Position numbers and translations under genes: made by a program | Notes under the pieces: model-generated | Databases searched by the model: none | What the model saw: only the letters and a program-made list of their open reading frames with translations | What the model was told of the DNA's origin: nothing | Shown here: one piece after another, positions 57,278 to 64,000 of the stretch | Position numbering within the stretch: position 1 is the stretch's first letter | How the letters are laid out: each line of letters opens with the position of its first letter | DNA from: Candidatus Eiseniibacteriota bacterium | GTDB taxonomy: Bacteria > Eisenbacteria > RBG-16-71-46 | Length of the DNA stretch: 64,000 nt | Assembly (NCBI GenBank): GCA_963707915.1 | Contig: OY970178.1 | Span: 3,136,001 to 3,200,000 of the forward strand | Direction: 5' to 3'

Positions 57278-57511
57278 GGCAGCAGCTCCGCGGGAGCGGG
57301 TGGTGCGGGGGCGCTGTCTTCATAACACACGCGATTCCGGCGCACGCAGGTCGCGGCAGGATGCGAAACGCGGGCGCGCGCAGCGCGTTTTGAAGCGTTG
57401 GTGCAGAAGCGCCGCGTGCGCTCATCCTCCGCAGCGTGGTCGTGCGCCGGCGCGTGACCGTCGGGCTCGCGTCGGGCACTCCCGGAAAGCTGTCAAGCGA
57501 ATTCGGTGGTT

Positions 57512-58883
57512 GGTTCAGACCGGGCACACTGGTAACAGATCAGACCGGGGACATGGGTTACAGCCCGCGGGCATCATGGGTGGTTCGAGGAGGACCACAC
57601 GATGCCCTGGGCGAGGACCGACTGGATGTCTGAACGAGTGAAGTTCATTGCCGCCTACCTGCAGGCGGAGGCCAGCTTCTCCGACTTGTGCCACGACTTC
57701 GGGGTCAGCCGGAAGACGGGGTACAAGTGGGTCCGTCGTTATGAGGCCGACGGGGTCGCGGCCCTCGAGGAGATCTCACGCGCGCCGCACTCTCATCCCA
57801 ACGCCGTCGCCGCCGACCTCGTGCAGGCGATCGTCGCGATCCGACGTCGCCATCCGCGTTGGGGACCACGCAAGGTGCGGGTGGTGCTGAAGCGGGAACG
57901 GCCGCCGGTCGCGCTCCCGGCGGCCAGCACGATCGGCGACATCCTGAGGCGCAGCGGACTGGTTCGCCCGCGCCGGCGAGTCCGGCGCAGCTCACCGTAC
58001 GGGGACCGGCTGCGGCAGTACGACGCACCCAACGCCGTCTGGTGTGCCGACTTCAAGGGCCACTTCCCGCTGGGTCGCCGGGGTGAACGCTGTCATCCGC
58101 TGACCATCAGCGATGGATACAGTCGCCTGCTCCTTCGCTGCCGCGCCCTGCGTCGTCCGCTCACTCAGCATGTCCGGCGCGTCTTCGAGTCCGCTTTCAC
58201 CGAATACGGCTTGCCGAGGGCGATCCGCACCGATAACGGGCCGCCGTTCTCGACGCTCGCCCCGGGCGGACTGTCGCGTCTCTCGGTCTGGTGGATCCGA
58301 CTCGGGATCCGTCCCGAACGCATCATGCCAGGTCGTCCCGAACAGAACGGGCGCCACGAGCGCATGCATCGCACCTTGAAAGCCGAGACCGCCAGACCGC
58401 CGCGCTCGAGCTTCAGCGCCCAGCAACGCGCGTTCGATCGCTTCCAGACGGAGTACAACCAGGAGCGGCCGCACGAGGCGCTCGGCCAGGAGGTGCCGGC
58501 CGCGCTTTACCGCCCATCGCTTCGCTCGTACCCGCGCGAGCTCCCCGAACCAGAGTACCCGCGACACTTCGAGACCCGGGTGGCCTATCCCAACGGCGTG
58601 ATCACCTTCGGCACCACGCAGTGGTACGTGAGCAACTGCCTCGTCGGCGAACGGGTCGGACTCGAGCCCTGCGACGATGGCCGGTGGCGTGTCCACTTCG
58701 GCTGGGTGCCGATCGGACTGCTAGATCTCAAGCAGGCCACCGACCGCGGACCCCGCCACTTTGGGCGGCTCGAACCCATCGTTGATCCTGCCTTGAGCAG
58801 ACGTCGTCGCCGCCGTTATGGAAGCTAGAATGTGTTACCCATGTGCCCGGTCTGTCCTGTCACCCATGTCCCCGGTTGCTTCA
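57512..58883 (+). mobile_element. IS481-family insertion sequence with ~51-bp imperfect terminal inverted repeats
   Basis: IRL 57512-57562 and IRR 58833-58883, each with two ~25-bp subrepeats, flank a single DDE transposase. Confidence 0.88.
57602..58828 (+). CDS. IS481-family transposase (HTH plus rve integrase core)
   Basis: FGVSRKTGYKW, WGPRK, WCADFKG, IRTDNG, NGRHERMHRTLK, YNQERPHEAL. Confidence 0.93.
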   Translation: MPWARTDWMSERVKFIAAYLQAEASFSDLCHDFGVSRKTGYKWVRRYEADGVAALEEISRAPHSHPNAVAADLVQAIVAIRRRHPRWGPRKVRVVLKRERPPVALPAASTIGDILRRSGLVRPRRRVRRSSPYGDRLRQYDAPNAVWCADFKGHFPLGRRGERCHPLTISDGYSRLLLRCRALRRPLTQHVRRVFESAFTEYGLPRAIRTDNGPPFSTLAPGGLSRLSVWWIRLGIRPERIMPGRPEQNGRHERMHRTLKAETARPPRSSFSAQQRAFDRFQTEYNQERPHEALGQEVPAALYRPSLRSYPRELPEPEYPRHFETRVAYPNGVITFGTTQWYVSNCLVGERVGLEPCDDGRWRVHFGWVPIGLLDLKQATDRGPRHFGRLEPIVDPALSRRRRRRYGS

Positions 58884-58924
58884 GTTCAGACCGGGCACAC
58901 TGGTAACAGATCAGACCGGGGACA
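58884..58924 (+). repeat. 41-bp exact copy of the IS left end abutting the right end
   Basis: Identical to 57513-57553. Confidence 0.9.
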
Positions 58925-59161
58925 CGGTGGCGGTTCGAGCAGGCATCGGCGACCGAGGAGACTGGCGCGATGCCCGGGCGAGAGCGGTCGAGGTCCGGCG
59001 CGCCTGCGAGCGATGGGTTCCGCAGCGCGAGTGCCGCACGCGTCAGGGAGCGACGGCCTGCGCGCGGGGCGCATGCAAGGGGCGAGGGCGCACGCCAGAG
59101 CCCGCGGTCGGGCCCGTTCCCCGGTTTGACCGCGGCGGGTCCATCGTGGACTCTTCGCCCC

Positions 59162-59866
59162 ATGAACCCGCCGTCGCCCGAGTCCCCGAACCGTCCCACC
59201 GCCGCCGGTCGGCTCCGCACCTACCTCATCGCGGGACTGCTGGCGATCGCGCCCACCGCCATCACGCTGTGGGTGCTGGTCGTGCTGCTCAACTGGACCG
59301 ACAACCTGCTCGGGCGCTACCTGCGGTTCCACGTGCTCGGCGACCACCGTATCCCCGGGCTGGGCCTGGTGGCCACTTTCGTCCTGCTGCTGATCGTCGG
59401 CTGGATGGTGACCGTCATCGGCCGCTGGCTGGGCGGGAAGCCGATGCTCCGGATGTGGGACCACCTGCTGAGCCGCATCCCCGGCGTGGGCCTGCTCTAC
59501 GGCTCGACCAAGTCCTTCGGCGAGGCGTTCTTCCAGAGCCGGGCGACCACGTTCAAGCAGGTGGTGCTGGTGCCCTGGCCCACTCCCGGGATCTACCGCA
59601 TCGGCTTCCTCGCGGCGCGGGCGAGCGCGAGCGTGCGCCGGCACCTCGGGGATGACATCGAGGTCGTGTTCCTCCCGCACACCCCCAACCCGGCCTCGGG
59701 CTTCGTCCATTACGTGCCGCGCGCCCAGCTCGTCTACCTGGACTGGGCGGTGGAGGAGGGGCTCAAGGTCATCGTCTCGGGCGGCGTGCTGCAGCCCGGC
59801 GAGTTCGCGGCGACCGCCGCGCCCGGCCCGGCCCCGTCCCAGGAGGGCCCCGGTGGCCCTGGTTAG
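59162..59866 (+). CDS. DUF502 family membrane protein
   Basis: YLIAGLL..P...T, RIPGV..LY, VVLVPWP, VFLPHTPNPASGF. Confidence 0.88.
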   Translation: MNPPSPESPNRPTAAGRLRTYLIAGLLAIAPTAITLWVLVVLLNWTDNLLGRYLRFHVLGDHRIPGLGLVATFVLLLIVGWMVTVIGRWLGGKPMLRMWDHLLSRIPGVGLLYGSTKSFGEAFFQSRATTFKQVVLVPWPTPGIYRIGFLAARASASVRRHLGDDIEVVFLPHTPNPASGFVHYVPRAQLVYLDWAVEEGLKVIVSGGVLQPGEFAATAAPGPAPSQEGPGGPG

Positions 59867-60628
59867 CGCCGAGGGGATCGTCCTCAAGACGCACGCGCTC
59901 GGCGACACGAGCCGCATCGTGGTGGTCTACACGCGCGAGCACGGCATGGTGCGCCTGGTGGCGAAGGGCGCGCGCAAGACGCCGAGCCGGTTCGGCTACG
60001 CGCTCGAGCCGCTCTCGCGCGGGCGCTACGTCTACTACTTCAAGAACGACCGCGACCTGCACCTGCTGTCGCAGGCCGACACGCTCGCCGCGACCGGCAG
60101 CCGGCTCGCGGAGCTCACGCGGCTGGCGCACGCCGAGGCGGCGCTCGAGCTGATCGACCGGCTGGTGTGGGGCGAGGAGCCGCACGCGGAGCTCTACGAC
60201 CTGCTGGTGCGGGTGCTCGAGGCCGTGGTGGTCGCGCCCGAGGCGGCGCTGCCCGCCATCACCATCGCCTTCGAGCTGCAGGTGGCGAGCCTGCTCGGCT
60301 ACCGCCCGCGGCTCGACGCCTGCGCCCAGTGCGGCGGCCCGCCCTCGTCGGCGCTGCTCTTCTCGCCGGCTCGCGGCGGCATGGTGTGCGACCGCTGCGC
60401 CGCCGAGGGCGGCGTGATGAAGCTCTCGGCCGACGCCCTGGCCGGGCTCTCGCTGCTGCTCTCGCGCCCGGTGGGCGAGGCCGGCGACTACGTCGAGGTG
60501 AAGCGCGCGGGCGAGATCCTGCGCGTCATCGAAGCCTTCCTGCGTCACCACTTCCACCGCTTCCAGGGCCTGCGTTCGCTCGAGCTGCTGCGCGCGCTGC
60601 AGGGCCCCGGCTCGTCGGAGGCTGCCTG

Positions 60629-60629
<1 letters not shown>
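59853..60629 (+). CDS. recO: DNA repair protein RecO
   Basis: AGGAGG RBS, GTG start; GIVLK...GDTSRIV..YTREHG..VAKGAR; CAQCG...CDRC zinc finger. Confidence 0.93.
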
Positions 60630-61653
<1,024 letters not shown>

Positions 61654-61657
<4 letters not shown>

Positions 61658-63792
61658 GCCGCGACCTGCTGTTCGAGATCGGCGTCGAGGAGTTGCCGGC
61701 CGGCTACATCCCGCCGGCGCTGGAGCAGCTCGAGCGCGGGATCGCCGCGGCGCTCGACGACGCGCGTCTCCCGCACGGCGCGGTGCGCACCCGCGCCACG
61801 CCGCGCCGGCTGGCGCTCTACGTCGAGTCGGTCGAGGAGCGCCAGCCCGACCGCGACGAGGAGGTGATGGGCCCGGCCGCACGCGTGTCGTACGACGCGG
61901 AGGGGAAGCCGACGAAGGCGTTGCTCGGCTTCTGCCAGGGCAAGGGCGCCGACCTCGCGGACGTGCGGCGGGTCGAGACGCCGAAGGGCGAGTACGTGGC
62001 CGTGACCGTTCACCAGGCGGGCCGGCCCGCCGCCGAGGTGCTGCCGGCGCTGCTCGCCGGGATGGCGCGCGGCCTGGCCTTCCCCAAGGTCATGCGCTGG
62101 CTCGACGACGACACCCGCTTCGCGCGCCCGGTGCGCTGGCTGGTGGCGCTGCTTGGCGAGGAGGTGCTGCCGGTGCGCGCCTTTGGCCTCGAGGCCGGGC
62201 GCGAGTCGCGCGGCCACCGCTTCCTCTCGCCGGCGCCGGTGACGCTGCGCCGCGCGCAGGACTACCTCGCCGTGCTCGAGCAGGTGTGCGTGCTGGCCGC
62301 CCCGCTGGCGATGCGCGCCCGCATCGCCAAGCAGGTCGCCGACGTCGCCGCGGAGCGCGGCGGCCGTCCGGTGGCCGACGAGGAGCTGCTCGAGATCTGC
62401 AGCTACCTGGTGGAGTGGCCCACGGCGTTCGCCGGCTCGTTCGACGCGCACTACCTCGACCTGCCGCGCGAGGTCATCGTCACGGCGCTGCGCGAGCACC
62501 AGCGCTTCTTCGCGGTCGAGCGCGAGGACGGCACGCTCCTGCCGTGCTTCGTCGCCGTGCGCAACGGGGACGCGCGCGGGCTCGACGTCATCCGGCGGGG
62601 CAACGAGGGCGTGCTCATCGCGCGGCTCGAGGACGCGAAGTTCTACTGGGAGGCGGACCTCAGGCACCCGCCCGCCGCGCGCGTCGAGGCGCTGTCGGGC
62701 GTGGTGTGGATGGAGGGGCTGGGCTCGCTGCGCGAGAAGGCGGCGCGGCTCGAGGCGCTGGCCGGGACCGTGGCGCGGAGCATCGCGCCCGACGCGGAAG
62801 CCGCGGTGCGGCGCGCCGCGCTGCTGTGCAAGACCGACCTGCTCTCCGAGATGATCGGCAGCGGCAAGGAGTACGCGAGCCTCGAGGGCGTGATGGGCGG
62901 GCACTACGCGCGCCGCGCGGGCGAGCCCGAGGACGTCGCCGCGGCCATCGCCGGGCACTACCGGCCGCGCGGGCCGGCGGACTCGCTGCCGGACACGCCG
63001 GCCGGCGCCGTGCTCGCGATCGCGGACAAGCTCGACCACGTCGCCGGCGCGTTCGTGGCCGGCAAGGCGCCGAGCGGGAGCGAGGACCCCTACGGCGTGC
63101 GCCGCGCCGCCAACGGCGTGGTCCGCATCCTGGTCGAGGGCGGGCATCACCTCGACCTGCTCGAGGCCACGGAGCGGGCGCTGGCGCCGTTCGCCGCCGC
63201 CGGCGCGGAGCCGGCGCAGGACGAGCGGCTGCCGAAGCTCGCGGCGTTCTGGCGCGAGCGGGTGCGCGGCGCGCTCGAGGAGCGCGGCGTGCGCTACGAC
63301 GCGGGCGAGGCGGCGCTCGAGGCGCGGCCGGCGGGGGAGGCGGGGGGCGATCGTCCGGGCTGGAGCGACCCGCCGGACTGCCTGCGGCGCGGCCAGGTCA
63401 TGGACGAGTTCCGCGGGGACGAGCGCTTCGAGCCGCTGGTCGTGCTGTTCAAGCGCGTGGCCAACATCCTGGCCAAGGCGACCGAGACGCTGCCGGACCG
63501 GCTGGACGCGGCGCGTCTCGCCGAGCCGATGGAGCGCGAGCTGGCCGCCGCGCTGGAGCAGGCGCGCGAGCGCACCGAGCCGCTGTGGCGGACGCGCGAC
63601 TACGAGGCCATCCTGCCCGCGCTGCTCGAGATGGAGCAGGTCATCCACGGCTTCTTCGAGGCGGTGCTGGTCAACGCGGAGGACCTGCCCACGCGCCTGA
63701 ACCGCCTGCGCCTGCTGAGCGAGGTGCGCGCGCTGTTCGTGCGCGGCTGGGACCTGTCGAAGATCGTGGTGGAGGGGGAGCGGGGGCAGTAG
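61654..63792 (+). CDS. glyS: Glycine--tRNA ligase beta subunit
   Basis: [57 protein letters not shown]. Confidence 0.96.
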
Positions 63793-63961
63793 GCGGGGGC
63801 CCGCCGGTCGCGGGGCCGGCGCTTGCCCCGTGGCCGCTGCTGCGGCTATGGTCCGTCCGCTCCTCTCGACGCGCATCGGCGGGGGATTCCCGCCCGCGCC
63901 GCTGGTCTGGCGACCGGCGTGCGCCGCGCGCCGGGCACTCCATCCGTCTCCGGGAGGGACC

Positions 63962-64000
63962 ATGGCGCTGAGGGAGAAGGCCGAGATCGTGGACGCCGAT
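63962..64000 (+). CDS. Probable PyrR (pyr regulator/UPRTase) N-terminus, truncated by window edge
   Basis: GGGAGG RBS; MALREKAEIVDAD resembles PyrR N-termini; only 13 codons visible. Confidence 0.45.
   Translation, partial: MALREKAEIVDAD

Overview
Very GC-rich bacterial chromosome segment. Several secreted proteins end in FlgD-like Ig C-terminal domains, which resembles Candidatus Eisenbacteria or related FCB-group lineages (inference only). Core-like genes: a PTS EIIA 3' end, three highly diverged Nuo/Hyf/Mrp-like membrane genes, tRNA-Lys(CTT), vanZ-hisS-aspS, an OPT transporter, three GT-C glycosyltransferases, an ECF sigma/anti-sigma/DUF4097 cluster, an M28 peptidase, an amidohydrolase, an ABC transporter, phoH/7TM-HD/ybeY, DUF502-recO-glyQ-glyS and the start of a probable pyrR. 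An accessory tract at about 3.6-26 kb lies downstream of the tRNA. It holds two integrase-free cassettes, each closed by a near-identical 185-bp att-like repeat that begins with the tRNA 3' half. It also holds a TPR-CHAT protease / ECF sigma / zinc anti-sigma operon. One 27-bp promoter-like motif (TGTGATTC-N14-CGTTT) precedes both that sigma gene and a divergent operon encoding a 991-aa four-repeat secreted protein. This is the best candidate for an undescribed system: an extracytoplasmic, caspase-like protease-gated sigma switch. A DUF222-HNH-like gene and an IS481-family element with an extra abutted left end lie between ybeY and DUF502/recO. Several genes carry lesions (frameshifts, in-frame stops, an internal deletion) that could be real decay or assembly errors. 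All calls come from reading motifs by eye; no database searches were run.
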